The translations under genes and the position numbers were made by a program. This document shows, piece by piece, positions 1-20,913 of a stretch of DNA of 64,000 bases. Position 1 is the stretch's first letter, and every line of letters begins with the position of its first letter. Origin of the DNA: Amoebidium appalachense. Taxonomy: Eukaryota; Protista; Ichthyosporea. The DNA lies in the NCBI GenBank assembly GCA_963693365.1, contig CAVNZM010000007.1, positions 9,731,962 to 9,795,961 of the forward strand, written 5' to 3'. The notes under the pieces are model-generated. The model was not told where the DNA came from and ran no database searches. It saw nothing but the letters and a program-made list of their open reading frames with translations.

Positions 1-2887
1 TCCGGCCACCGGCTGTGCAGATCCAGCACACGACCCCCCCCCCCCCCCCCCCCCCCCCTCCCCCTCCCCTCCCCCCCCTCCTTCCCCTTCATCGCCATCT
101 CCACAAAATCCACCCACACCATCCATCACCATCACCCATCACTGCACACACAGGGTGACTCTGGAGCTTCGCGTACATTTCCCCTGCACACCACATCTGC
201 CCACCGTGGTTAACTGCATAGCCACCAGCACCACGATAACTGGGACTCAACACCTGCCGAAGGCCATCTACGTATGTTCTGCAACGAAACATGCATGCCG
301 CACATGAACATTTGTGATTTATCGCGACTCTTTTCTTTAGCGGAAGTATTCTTGTCAGGAGACACCTCTCCCTCGCACACACTTTCCCTCTAGGTTTTCT
401 GGGGTGGCAACGTAAGTTCGACTGCCACACATTTGGAAACTGTCACCTATTTACGAAGGCCTCTAGACTAGCCTAGTTTGTTACCGATAAACTAAATATG
501 ACCAGGGTAGTGAGTGATATATGTACTTTTGGTGCAGCATCTTTTTAGGAAGACTGAATAAGCATCGGCTAACTCAACCAGCCCATATATTAACGAAGTG
601 TTAAGAGAGATAAATCGCCGCCGTGGGCATGATTTGGGTGATAGCAAGGTTGTGAAGAGACTAGGCCTTCTAAACGCTGTGAAGTAATAGGTAATAAAAA
701 GACCTATAATAGAACATGCCGAAAGCCCCTGCCATAGGAATGATGTAGTCGATCGATTCAAAACGGCTTGGATCAGCCCCGTGCTAATGTTTGGGCTAAG
801 GCTGGATTAAAAAACACAACCAAAGGCCCCGATCCGAAAGCATTTCACCAATATGAAAAACAAGACAGCAGCAGTGTTTTTGGTTTATTTAACGCACTAC
901 GTAGTACCTGTCAAGTAAGGTACAAAGGAACGTGTGCACGTAAGGTACAAGGTGGTGGTGATGACCGTGACAAGCAGATTGTATGCAGTGCATGCACTTG
1001 TTAGCACGCCCTGACTGTTCTTCCTTCTGAAGCCGTACGATCAAATGAACTCTAGCTCCAGCTTTCAATCTTCTTCCCTTGAATAAGAACTACCAGCTAC
1101 CCCATATGGCACTAGCAGAGGTCCCAGGCACCTGTCATTTATGTTTTTCTCCGATCGAGGCTCTGTTGTCTGTCTGCAGCACAGTGATTAGTCTGCTCAT
1201 GACATCATAAGATTGAGAATCTACTTTGACCGAATGGGGCAAAACGTTTGGTCGCGTTTAGGCGGGTCTACATAGAAGACTATCTAAGCCACTCGTGGCG
1301 CTGATCCCAGTCTCAGCGACGGCTCTTGCATTACAGTAGTATTTTTCGCGTTGAGTGCTGCTTTTTTTGTTGTTTTCTTGTTGTTTTTTTTTGACATCTC
1401 AAAGGGCCACACACCAAACTGTGGTCTTACACAGGTCTTGCACAAGAATTTCTTCATTTACTGCCGACGCTCACCTTTCCACAAGCTTTTTCCAACTCGT
1501 TTGTTCTAAACAGGGCTCGAAGGTTCCCGACCCTTCCCATGCCACGGGCCGCATAGTTACCGAGCATCACGGTGTTGATGACAACGCTGCCGCACAGGCA
1601 GTATATACGGGGAAAAAACATGTTTTGCGGCGCATGCGCGCACCACTAAGTCAGAAGGTTGGTGCCAAGGCGTGGTCTCTCCCTCTCCCTTGTTCGCTAC
1701 CTTGTCTGGTGCTGCACCCTTCTCTGTCTCCCTTCATTACCGTTCTTGTTCCGCTTGGTAGCAACTATTCAACTCTTTCTGGCCGTAGATTTTTCCCCAC
1801 ATAAATCCTGTCCTGACAGAAGCTGGGCAAACTGGGTGCTTTTAGGGACAGTGCATCTTTGCGTCTGCCCTTGGTAGCAAAACATGAGCTTTGTGATGGC
1901 AAGGATTTATGTACGTTATCGTGTTTGCTCCTGATGCCTATTTCTCAGGGGGTTGTTTTCTGTACGCTCGAGGGTTGTGCTTTTCTTCTGATCATAAGCA
2001 CGTGGTTACCCAACATCCGCTTGAACACCTAGCTGGTGTTTTTGTGATGAATGCTTGTTTCCTGCTGGTGGTTTTCGGCCAGTGCTAGTATTAGACTGTG
2101 CTTCTGTCGAAAGCTCGCTGTGTGTGTGCAAAACGCTTGCTTGCTATGTTGAAATTGGCGCCTGGCGCAGTCCAGGTGTACTTGCTTGCTCTTGCACAAG
2201 CTGGGTTAGGCTGACCGCCTCTATTCACGGGTGCCTTGTTTTAGGAGATGCAGATGCAGAGTTCCTCTTCTGAACTCTTTTCTTGGCAAATATCTGGAAG
2301 AGAGGGAACCCAAATATTGGTGGAACACTGGGGAAAGAGAGAGAGAGTGTGTGTGTGTGTGTGTGCGCGCGCATGTGTGTAGTAGTGATTTTAGCTGTTT
2401 TCGGTCGCCTGAGTCTATTATCTTTTCAAAGTGGTGGACGGTGGCAATTTTTTATTGTGAGGGTTGGAGGGGGGGGGGGGTGGAAGGGAATGGAATGGTC
2501 CACCTGATGTTGCTTGTCTTGCCTTACTTTCTTCTCTTTAAACGCTATCACCCCTTCCCTCCTTGTTTCATCCCCCCCCCCCCCCCCCCCCCCCCCCCGT
2601 GCGGGCCCCCGTGCACCCCTCGCCGGGGGCACGCACAAGTCCATAGCTCATCCGTTATTCACTGTCAGTGGAATGTGGTTCGTGCACTTTAGTCTGGATG
2701 TTGTGATGATGTGATCATGCTTGCCTTTGGTAGCCCCAGCAATACTTTATGCTCTTGCACGTTTTTCACGTACGCAGGGCTTAGCGTGTGATCCAACTCT
2801 GTATGTCCCATTACTCAAACTGTCTTGCAAGCACACATTTCCCTTCATCCCTCCCTCCCCCCCCCCCCTCCCCCTCCCCCTCCCCCC

Positions 2888-2938
2888 TCGTGTTATCCGT
2901 TTGTTCTTGTGTACTTCGTACTTTTTGACGCATTCAAA
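2888..2938 (+). mobile_element. 51-bp 3'-terminal fragment of the Penelope-like element, in a poly(C) tract
   Basis: Matches the reverse complement of ~11906-11956 (TCGTGTTATCCG...GACGCATTCAAA); C-rich on both sides. Confidence 0.8.
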
Positions 2939-3186
2939 CCCCCCCCCCCCCCCCCTCCCCCCCCCCATCTCGCCTTCTTTATGTGGAAAAGGTCCCTTTG
3001 CCTTGTAATTTTCAATGTCCGGCATCCGAAATATGATGTTTGTCTTTGCCTGTAGGGTTTTGTGGGTTTCTGCTTTTTGGCTTGTTGTCCCCTTAAATAC
3101 ATTGTGTTCTCTTCAGCTGACCTTTTTTACCACTACCCCCCCCCCCCCCCCCCCCCCCGGCCCCTCCCATCAGGCACGCGCGCGCG

Positions 3187-3239
<53 letters not shown>

Positions 3240-3673
3240 CACGCACACACACTTGCATACTCTTTGTGTCCTTCTCCCCCCCCATCCTCCCCCCCCAACC
3301 CCCCAGGGAGGTGGGGGGGGGGGGGAGGGGTATGCACAAGCACACACACATGCACCGTCCCGCTGCCTTGCCAACCTCCCGTGCTTATGTCTAGTTTCTT
3401 TCTTTTCAGTTGGGAAGAAGAAAGGTGCAGCTTAGCATGGTGCCTCATGTCGGCATGTGACCCAGAGCGGTGCTCTGCTTATGCTTCGTGTGCTCACTTT
3501 TGCTCCTCTCTATTGTCTATGTAGCAATCGTTCGCTCCCCCCCATCAATATGTATTGCATTCACATGATGCTAACCTTGACTACGCCACTGTTTTTGACC
3601 ACAGTGACCGCATCATCTTCTCTTTCTTCCCCATGGACCTATATACTGACATGTTGCGTGATTGTGCAGGAGA

Positions 3674-4697
3674 ATGGGCCGGGGGGGCAGTGAGGAGGGG
3701 CCCCCCAGTGCGGGGGCTGGTGGGCGTGTGGGCATCGTGCGGTGTAGGTTCTGTCTGGACCCATGCACGGGCTTGACTAGCTTTGGCACGTGCACACGCT
3801 GTGGTGTGGCCGTGTACTGCTCACGCACCTGCCAGGCCCATGACTGGCCACGACACCGACCAGAGTGTGTGCCGAATGCAAGCTCCCCACGGGTACGTTG
3901 TGTGTGTGTGTGCTTGGCGTGTGCGTGTGCACACGCATGATAGTCGACACACAGGTACACTCAAGGCTATGTCACACACAAGTGCAGGTGTACATGTTGT
4001 CTGTGCCACGGCTGTGTGCATGCACTGTGGGCTTGTGCTTGCAGTTTGCACCGTGTGTGTGTCTCCATCACACAGAGTTTGCACTGCTCGTGTCCATGGT
4101 CTTAGTCCAGTAACACCCCCTTCCCCCCACGCTTTGTTGTTGCTCTTTGTTGTCTCCTCCATATTTCCAACCCTCTAACGCATACATCACCCCCCCCCCC
4201 CCCCCCCCCCTCCTCCCCGCACCCCCACCGCCAGCACCCCCACCACCCTCCTTCCGCCCCCCTGGTGCATGCATACTCTCACACACTTTCTCTCCGTCTG
4301 ACTCCCTCACTCTCTCCCGCTTCCCCCCCCCCCCCCCCCCCCCCCCCCGAAACTCGGGTACTGTGGATGACGTGGGCCCCCCCTGAGGATGGGCTCTGCT
4401 TATTATGCATACTCTTTATGTATGGCTTGCATTCTGCATCGTGTTATCCGTTTGTTCTTGTGTACTTCGTACTTTTTGACGCATTCAACCCCCCCCCCCC
4501 CCCCCCCCCCCCCCCGGCGCCCTTTCCTTCTTCTCTCTTTCTCTTTCTCCCTCTCTCTCCTGCTATCCTCGCCCTCTCTCGTTGCCCCTCCCTTCCCCCC
4601 CCCCCCCCCCCTCTCCCTCCCCCCCTCCTCTCTCCTCCTCCTCCGTATGTTACACAACCACACTTCGACACAGACTCGATGCCACCCTCTCCCCCCC

Positions 4698-4743
<46 letters not shown>

Positions 4744-5104
4744 ACTAGCCCCTCTACCCTCCGTCCTTCCTTTTTTCGTATGAGATGTCTGCCTTGCTTC
4801 TGGCTCGTTGTTGCACGACTATTCATTCCACCTTGTTAGCACACCAGCTGACCGTCTGCAAGCTTGTTCCGTCTCTGCCTCTCTCCGTAAGTCCACACAT
4901 CGGTGTTCGTGGCGGAGCTCACTAACACACACACACACACACACACACAGACACACACACACACACACACACACGTGCACCAACACACACCATCCCATGA
5001 ACACACACACAGGGAAGAAAGGGGTTTGATGGGCATATATTTGGGTTTGGGGGGGGGGGGGGGTAAAGGGGGGCATTGCTCACGTGCTCCCCCCCCCCCC
5101 CCCT

Positions 5105-5180
<76 letters not shown>

Positions 5181-6941
5181 GCATGCACCTGCCTGGTATA
5201 CCACCACTTCAAGGCATCATGGACACACTAGTCTTCGTGTTGCCTTTCTATTGCTGTGTGAACGTTAACATATCTGCATTAACACAACACGCACATAGTG
5301 ACACCTTTTCCTCTCCCCCCCCCCCCCCCCCCCCCCCTCCTCTTCGTCCCTCAAACCAGTTTCATTTTAGCCTGCGTTCTGCTTCTTGCTCCCTGCCACC
5401 TGTTACTAGGCAAAAAGATGTACACACCTTCTTGGTGCTTGCACCGCACTGCCTTCTGGGTATGCTATGTGGGTGGGTGGGTGGGTGGGTGTGTTTGTGC
5501 GTGCGCATGGGTTTGCTTTGCCTGTGTATGTGTGTAGTTTTTGGTCTGTGTATGTGTTAGTTTGTGTTGGACATTTGTGTGCGTTGTCTTACCGGTACTT
5601 ACCGATGGGGTGTCTGCACAGGTTGTGTCCCAGGGAGTTGGCTCTGCTGCCCATGGGGGTGTAGCACACGAGCACTCGAGCATCATGAGCCTGCCTGCCC
5701 CCGAATTCATGGCCCGGCTAGACCCCACCCTCTACCCGGGCTACCTCAACCCCTACGTGCCCCCACCCATGCCCGTTCCCACAACCAACACCGTGCGACA
5801 GCGGGCCAGTGCAGGGGGTGCGGGTGGTGTCCAGGGGGAGCACCTGGCAGCCATCAGCAACCGCACGTACACGGTGTTTGAGGACGGAGACCTTGATGAG
5901 CTACTACGACTAGACATGTTTGGGTTTGTGGGGGCATGGGCCGAGGACTGGCTGGCCGACATTGCAGCCATGCCCGGCTATGCCCTGGGCCTACTAGGAA
6001 GTGTGGTGGGGCGACTACCAGTGCACAGTGACCTGCTATATGCATCAGTGGGCACACTGCAGTTCGAGGCCGTTGCCATGGCTGCCTTGTGGCTGGGCCT
6101 GTTGCTGGCCGGCCTGATGGCTTCGGCCACCCCTGCACATGCACAGGCCTGCCTGCCCGTGTGGCTGGTGCTGATGATCAGCACCACAGCGGCATTCCTG
6201 CAGTTCCCCCTGCATGCCGTGGGGTTCCTTGTGGTCGAGGCCTTCTACCTGTGGGCCGCCCTGACCGGGTCGACCATGGGCAACAGCACGGTGTTTGCCC
6301 TGGGCTTCTGGCTGCAGGCCCTGCTGCTGGCCAACTTGGCCGTGCACCTGGCCCATGCATGGCTGCTCTATGCCCGTGCCCTGGGCCCAGCAAGGGCCCA
6401 GCAATATGCCCGCCGGCCCACCCTCAGCCTGTGCCCGGCACGCAACACGGCCAGCCAGCTGCGGCACGGCTGCTACGGCGTGCACAGCATGTGCCCCTAC
6501 TGCGGTGAGGCCACACCTGTGCGCACATCATCAGGCCGATCGCCTGTGCAGGACAGTAACGGCAACGGCGGGCAGAGAGCAGCAAACGGCACAGGCAAGC
6601 AGGCCCAGGCACAGGCGGAGGCAGGAGACGAGGTGGGGGTGGCTACCGGAGCATGCGGTGTGTGCGGAGTCAATGTGAGGATGCAGGAGGCAACCATCAT
6701 GGACGACGGAGGGGAGGGGGCCGGGTGGGTGCCCGTGTATACGGTGGAGGGGGACAGAGACATTTTGCACGAGCAGTTGGTGCTGTGTTGTGGGCCCCAG
6801 TGCATGGCTAGGCTCAATGCAGACTACAGAGGCCCACCCCTAAGGCCTGTGCGTAGCAGTGGCAGATATGGCGACCATGGCTGCAAGGAGGTGGTGGGCG
6901 TGGAGCCATGCTGCCTGGCAAGCCTGCTGCCGTCATTCTAG
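3674..6941 (+). CDS. MYND zinc-finger, multi-pass membrane protein (~512 aa; exons 3674-3892, 5622-6941)
   Basis: Exon 1 encodes CRFC...CTRCGVAVYCSRTCQAHDWPRHRPEC (MYND consensus). The donor CGG|gtacgt (3893) and acceptor acag|GTT (5621) are both phase 0 and join into the long GC3-rich ORF, which has about 4-5 hydrophobic segments and a Cys-rich C-terminus (CPYC, CGVC, CCGPQC). Confidence 0.75.
4349..4488 (+). mobile_element. 140-bp 5'-truncated copy of the Penelope-like element 3' end, in poly(C)
   Basis: Near-identical to the reverse complement of ~11907-12046; starts GAAACTCGGG directly after poly(C) and ends GCATTCAA followed by poly(C). Confidence 0.85.
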
Positions 6942-7088
6942 TCGTAGGACCGTGTTGTGCCGTTCAGAATGATTTTGCTGCCCTCGTTTTCTTCCGTATT
7001 TGTCACTTCTTGGTGATTTTTATTGCAAGCTTCAACCACTTCAACCCAGCAATTCATAACTTACCTACGCAACATTCGCAGAAACATA

Positions 7089-7136
<48 letters not shown>

Positions 7137-7936
7137 GATTTAACACAAACTACACTGGAAACGGACTTTCCCTTCAATTTTTTATTCCATCATTCTCCCT
7201 CTGTTTTCTCCTTTCCCCTTTTGGCCTTTTTCATCCCGTTTTTGAAGTTCTGGATTTTTTCTGATTTCTGGATTTTATTTGTGTAATACACAGTGACTGG
7301 GAGTGGTTATAATATTCCATTCGAGTCCGCTCTTATTTTTGGTTCATCTGTGTGTCGTGTGCTTGAACGAAGGAGTAGTGTTGTGTTGATTGGTTCTCTT
7401 TCCGGAGTCTAGTGCGTAGTTCTTGGGTTGTGTATGGAAAGAGGGTCTATCATAATGTTGGATTTACTGGTGTGCATGCCCACATAAGCTTGTGTACATC
7501 TCTCGGAAAACCATCGTGTTTCAGCTAAGTGACAGCAACCCCCTATGCAGGGCTGTTATAGATGCGCCTTGAGTGGCAAGGAAATTTCACACCGTGACCC
7601 GAAAAGTTGTGTAAATAAAAGAGAAATGTTGACTTTTATAACCATGACACATGAAATTCGAAAACGTCTACGATCTAAGTGTTCAACAACCAGGAATGTG
7701 CGGCAGTATACATAGCCAGCTGCCCGAGGGTTTCTTGCATCATATGCAAGCATGCATGCGCAGAGTTGTTTATTCCCAGGTTCACTGGTTTACTGTTGCT
7801 GTGTATGGGAGCTTATTAAGTAATTGTATTGTATTTACAATGCACGTGGCCGGCCGGTGGTGATGGTGGCCCCGGCCATCCGGCCGGGCTGCTGTTGGTG
7901 TCTTTCGAAAAATTTCTTTGAAACCTCCACGCGCGC

Positions 7937-8003
<67 letters not shown>

Positions 8004-8020
8004 GTGTACATGTGTGCGCG

Positions 8021-8096
<76 letters not shown>

Positions 8097-8462
8097 GGGA
8101 GAAGGGGGGAGGAGGGGACGTCATGAAACGCATGAAGATATTAAATCTAATACTAGTTGCAAAGCACACACGAAGATTAATTATATTGTATGTCATGATG
8201 GGGGAAAGGGGGGGGGGGGGGGGGGGGGGGGGGATGGTGTTTCAGAGTGCACTGCGACAGTACACTTTCATTCGGCGACGGAAATGCACGACATCATGCA
8301 GATGATCCAGTTGTGTCACCGTGTGTGTATGTGAGGCAGGGCGGACCGGGGGGGGGGGGGGGGGGGGTTTGAAAAAATTCTCGAGATTTGGCAAATCTTC
8401 AAGCCTTAGGGAACAGGGAGGGAGAAGGAGGGGGTGGGGAAGGGTGGAGCAGGGGGGTAGGG

Positions 8463-8530
<68 letters not shown>

Positions 8531-8671
8531 TTGTCTGTGTATGTGGGGGGGGAGGGTTGAAAGAACTATCCGGAAAAGTTTGGGCAAACCTGCAAGGGAA
8601 GAGGGGGGGGAGGGGGGGGGGGGGGAGGGGGGGGAAGGGGGAGGGGGAAGCAGGGGGCGGGGGGTGAGGGG

Positions 8672-8723
<52 letters not shown>

Positions 8724-8794
8724 AGGGAGGGTGAGGAACGGGGGTTTAACAAACATTCGGGAAAGTTTGGACAAATCTGCAAGGGAAGAGGGGA

Positions 8795-8833
<39 letters not shown>

Positions 8834-8977
8834 GAGGTTGCGCACTGAAGCGTTTATGAGACCAGGCAAAATGCTGTCCCTTTCAAATTGGAGGGTGCCT
8901 TCACTGTGGTATTCAATAGCATAAAGTCGAGTGGTGTTATGACATCAATACTTCATGGCAATCTGAAATTCGGGACT

Positions 8978-9868
8978 CTAGCTATCAACTGCACCCCGTC
9001 CTCTTCCTCTTCCTCTTCCTCTACGTCCACCTCTAGGACGACCACCCCTTCCTCCCCCTCGTTTCCCCTTTCCTTTATCCTTTTTCTCTTGGTCTGTTTC
9101 TTCGTTTTCGTTGTCAGCTAGCGGTTTTTGCTCTTCCACCGTGTGTTTTCGAAAAGCTCTGGTGATGGTTCGTATTTGTTGCCGTTCGGCCACCTTCTTC
9201 TCGTCGTCTGTGTCCGAAGAAAACCCCTGGTCCCACTCCTCTTCGGAGCTCGTACCGTCTTCTCTGTGCTTCCCTTTCTTCTTTTTGTGCTGCAGCTCTT
9301 TGCTTTCGCCGTCCTTGACCTCGTCCTTCGATTCATCTGCTTCCTCCTCTTCGTCACTAGCTCTGCATTTCCTCTTCCTCATTGCCATCTCTATCCGCAA
9401 GCACACGCGCGCGGGTGCATGAGGCACATCAAGAGCTTGCACACTAATCTCCGTTCCCTTTGTTAGATGCCTCAACAAACCACCACCTTCTCTCAGCACG
9501 TCCACATACTCGATATTCGTTTCTGTCTCCAGAACCAAGTATACAAACTCCCTCGTGCTCCACTTCATTACTGCGTCGCTCGTTTCCTCGTATGCACACC
9601 ACGTTTCCACGTGTGTCGTTCCATCTGGTGTCTGTGCTGTGCCCCCTACAGGCCTAACATCTATCAAGTAGTAGCCTGGCTTGTCCACAACATACAAGCC
9701 GATATTGGGATTAAACTCTTTCGGTAAAGTAGTGCATGGCTGGGCAGTGCCCTCTACATCTGTGTGTGTGCTAACGTAGCTTTTGTATGCTCGCCTGCAC
9801 GGCCCAGGCTCCCCGGTTGGTGCGGGGCTTCGGCCACAGCTCAAAGCCCTGAGGTCTTGTTCTCTCAT
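8978..9868 (-). CDS. Intronless hypothetical protein, 296 aa; beta-rich N-domain, acidic/basic tail, C-terminal RG/RGG repeats
   Basis: Uninterrupted ATG-TAG ORF with normal complexity. It has an NLS-like RKRK and KKKKGK, and an FNPNIGLYVVDKPGYYLI segment reminiscent of C1q/BclA-C beta-strands. Confidence 0.7.
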   Translation of the reverse strand: MREQDLRALSCGRSPAPTGEPGPCRRAYKSYVSTHTDVEGTAQPCTTLPKEFNPNIGLYVVDKPGYYLIDVRPVGGTAQTPDGTTHVETWCAYEETSDAVMKWSTREFVYLVLETETNIEYVDVLREGGGLLRHLTKGTEISVQALDVPHAPARVCLRIEMAMRKRKCRASDEEEEADESKDEVKDGESKELQHKKKKGKHREDGTSSEEEWDQGFSSDTDDEKKVAERQQIRTITRAFRKHTVEEQKPLADNENEETDQEKKDKGKGKRGGGRGGRPRGGRRGRGRGRGRGAVDS

Positions 9869-9998
9869 AGTAGCTTGGTGTCTATCGAAACGGCAAAGAA
9901 CCTATTGACCAAAACAAAAGACCAGAAGCGGGGTAAACCGCTAACACGTACTGACGTGTTGCCGCACGTGCGACGTTTTTACATCTACTTAGGCGGCG

Positions 9999-10030
<32 letters not shown>

Positions 10031-10816
10031 GACACCGCCTCAGTAGGTGGTAGGGTAAACCGGCACTAGCGATGATTTTATGCTACTAGGTTGCTACTGC
10101 TGATATAAGACACGCCTGACAGCAATTTAGAAAACATGAGAAAACCTGTGCACGTGGGCTACGGCATAAGAAAGCTTATCTAGTCTGCCCAGATGTTGCT
10201 ATGACGTCATATCAACTTACACAACCCAACGGCCAACACCCAGGGGAAGCAATTGCAGCGGGAGGCACCGTGTACATTTTCATTTTCTACTCTGAAAAAA
10301 CTTCATGAACTTGAAAATAGAAGTAAAACTAATTGCCCATGATTAGTCACATAGTCAGATAGTTGCTATCATAGCACCACCAGCTGACCAGGAAGTAGAA
10401 CATGGAACTTGTTGTTTGACCTACAGCAGGTGTTCTATACAAATTGTAGTGCGATTTAGACTAAGTGATGATGGCTCAGCCAATCCCATGGTTGTTGATA
10501 ACAGTCCAATCAAATATTACTTTATATGGCTATTAGTTTACGCAAAAATAAAACTCAAGGTTTCTCACGCGCCCCGGTTGCGCATTTTTATTGGCTCTGC
10601 AGACTCACCAAAGTTTTCCGCCCAGGTCACGGAGGCCCAGCTAGCTGGGGTGACGCGAGTCGCCGAGTTCGGCCAAGGGCAACCAAGGAAGCCGGGCCCG
10701 GGGCCCAGGTGCATTCTCAGGTGCATGATTTTGAAACAGCGCTGAGTTTTTTTCTTCTGTAGTGTCTGCTGGTAGGAACCTCAGGTTTTGGGATACGAGG
10801 AGAGCTTTTTGCGAGG

Positions 10817-18449
<7,633 letters not shown>

Positions 18450-19399
18450 GCTGTAGGTATGAATGTGTGAATGCGAGGATTGTCAGTGCCTAATTAGGGC
18501 ATATGTACTTTCTGCTAGCTACATTTGTAGAAGTCACTTGAATGGTATGGGCAAGAGAGAGTAACAGGGTTATCATTCATGTGTGCACGTATACCGCTGT
18601 ATTTTAGAGCCTTGGTTTCACGATGAAATGATGATTATGTTTGTACATGTGGGGGTTTACGCACAATCTATTGCTAACGGACATCGTCTGGGGCCCAGCC
18701 TCACTTGATGGCCTACTGCGTTTTCCAGCGCAGCCAATCAAATGCAGCTAGTGACATATGTACACGGTACGCAAGAGTACAACCCTATTATAGATTAAGG
18801 ATACGCAGAGGCTAGCATTGGTAGCTCTGAGAGAAAGGTAAGACACCGTATCACAATATCATACTGTGCAGCATTAATAAGGTGATCTAGGACGGTCATT
18901 TTATAACGGATATACTGAGGAAGAGAGACAGAATAGAGAATGAAGCCGCCCATAACCTCCGGTTGTACGATGTTATCTAGCAGGTTACACTTATTGATAG
19001 ATATGCATCCGCAAGTAAACCGCCCCCCACACATATTACACGTACGGGCAGGGGACACCAAAAAACGATTACCCCGCCAAGACATGTACATGTGTGTACA
19101 TTGGGGTCGTGGTGCTGTATACGTAGTGGATGATCATGAAGCATTTGTGGTGGCAAGGTGAGGTGGTGGTATTGGAATATATTGATGGTGTAGGTAGCAC
19201 TCAAGGTATAGCCTTAGTTTATCAGAAGCAGGCACACAAGCACACTGAATATATACACCTATAATAATTCCTAAATAAATCAATTTTGTGCTACTTCCCA
19301 AAATCACGATCTAGCTGTACCTTACTCTTTGAGTCAGGCACTGCCTGCTCCGTTCAAGGTCTACTATTTTTTTGTAGACGTTGTACAGACGTTATCGGT

Positions 19400-19437
<38 letters not shown>

Positions 19438-19705
19438 GGACTTGCCGAAGTTCCCGCACGATAGAATTTACCTCAATTGCAGCTCCTTTAAATTTCCCAT
19501 CACAAATAAACCACGTGACGCATCTGAGTCCGTATATGAAGTACACACATCCATTTGAAATAGAGTCTGTAGAGTCGGCCACTCGAAAGATATCCCTGCA
19601 CCACCACCAGAGCGTCACCGGGTACGGCCCGGTTCAAACAGTAGTTTGGCCAGGCATCAACCTGCATGCGCAGCTGAATACTAATGACGATCAGCCCCCA
19701 GCGCC

Positions 19706-19746
<41 letters not shown>

Positions 19747-19839
19747 CACCACCACCACCACCACCACCACCACAAAAAAAAAAAGGCCCCATTCTCAATG
19801 GTAATAAACCCACACAGTGTTATATAAACACGTGCATCC

Positions 19840-20265
<426 letters not shown>

Positions 20266-20798
20266 CACTATTACTCACACATGTACACACACTCTCTCCC
20301 TCTGCCCCTCTCCGTGGCCACTCTCATGTCGGACACTGCACACCATAGCATTCGAATTCGAAAATTGCTGCGATCTTGAGTGGCTTTTGCTGATCTGCCG
20401 CTGATTGGCCCGGTTCGCACCACCTCGCTACTCAAAAGCCATATATGGTCTTACGTTTTATTTTGAGCCAATTGTTACACTGTTCAAGCACCGACATTAT
20501 GATTGGTCATCCCGAATGGTTCATCTGTTTCTATTATTAGGCTGTATATTGTTACCCCTCTATGACAAACTAAATATATAAACCAATATATTTTTCAAAA
20601 AAACGAAGGTATAAACATTGCTTAAAATAAGTTATGAAAGAAACATCTTGTATAAGTCTACAAAATTTGAGATGCAAGCGGCCCTTCTGGCGCTGTGCGC
20701 GTGACACTTCGTAGGTGATATAAGGTATCTGATTGGTTTATAGTCACGGTATTATCTTACCGCCCCAGCTGGTTCTATTTTTAGCTACGGTGTTTGCC

Positions 20799-20804
20799 TA
20801 TAAA
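20799..20804 (+). promoter_or_regulatory. TATA box candidate for the lectin-like gene
   Basis: TATAAA about 110 bp upstream of ATG 20914; reverse CCAAT (ATTGG) motifs near 20404, 20502 and 20732. Confidence 0.35.
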
Positions 20805-20913
20805 TTGGAGCGCAGGCATCTCAGTTTTCCAGATCACAGCCTCAACGCTCTATCTGGGCGGCAGACTCAAAACCCAGCTTAGCAAACACACAAGTCACAG
20901 CCTATTTAAGAAT

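Noticed and set aside
150-1004. Possible exon at ~152-278 (minus strand) and a methyltransferase-like fragment at 768-1004
   Set aside because: Splice-like boundaries are present but there is no recognisable domain or consistent gene model; the first is cut by the window edge.
18795-19690. Short complex-sequence ORFs between the P450 and lectin-like genes
   Set aside because: No motif and no consistent frame; possibly a decayed gene or transposon, but unsupported.
20794-20913. TTG-initiated N-terminal extension of the lectin-like ORF
   Set aside because: It overlaps the TATA candidate; in a eukaryote the ATG at 20914 is the better start.
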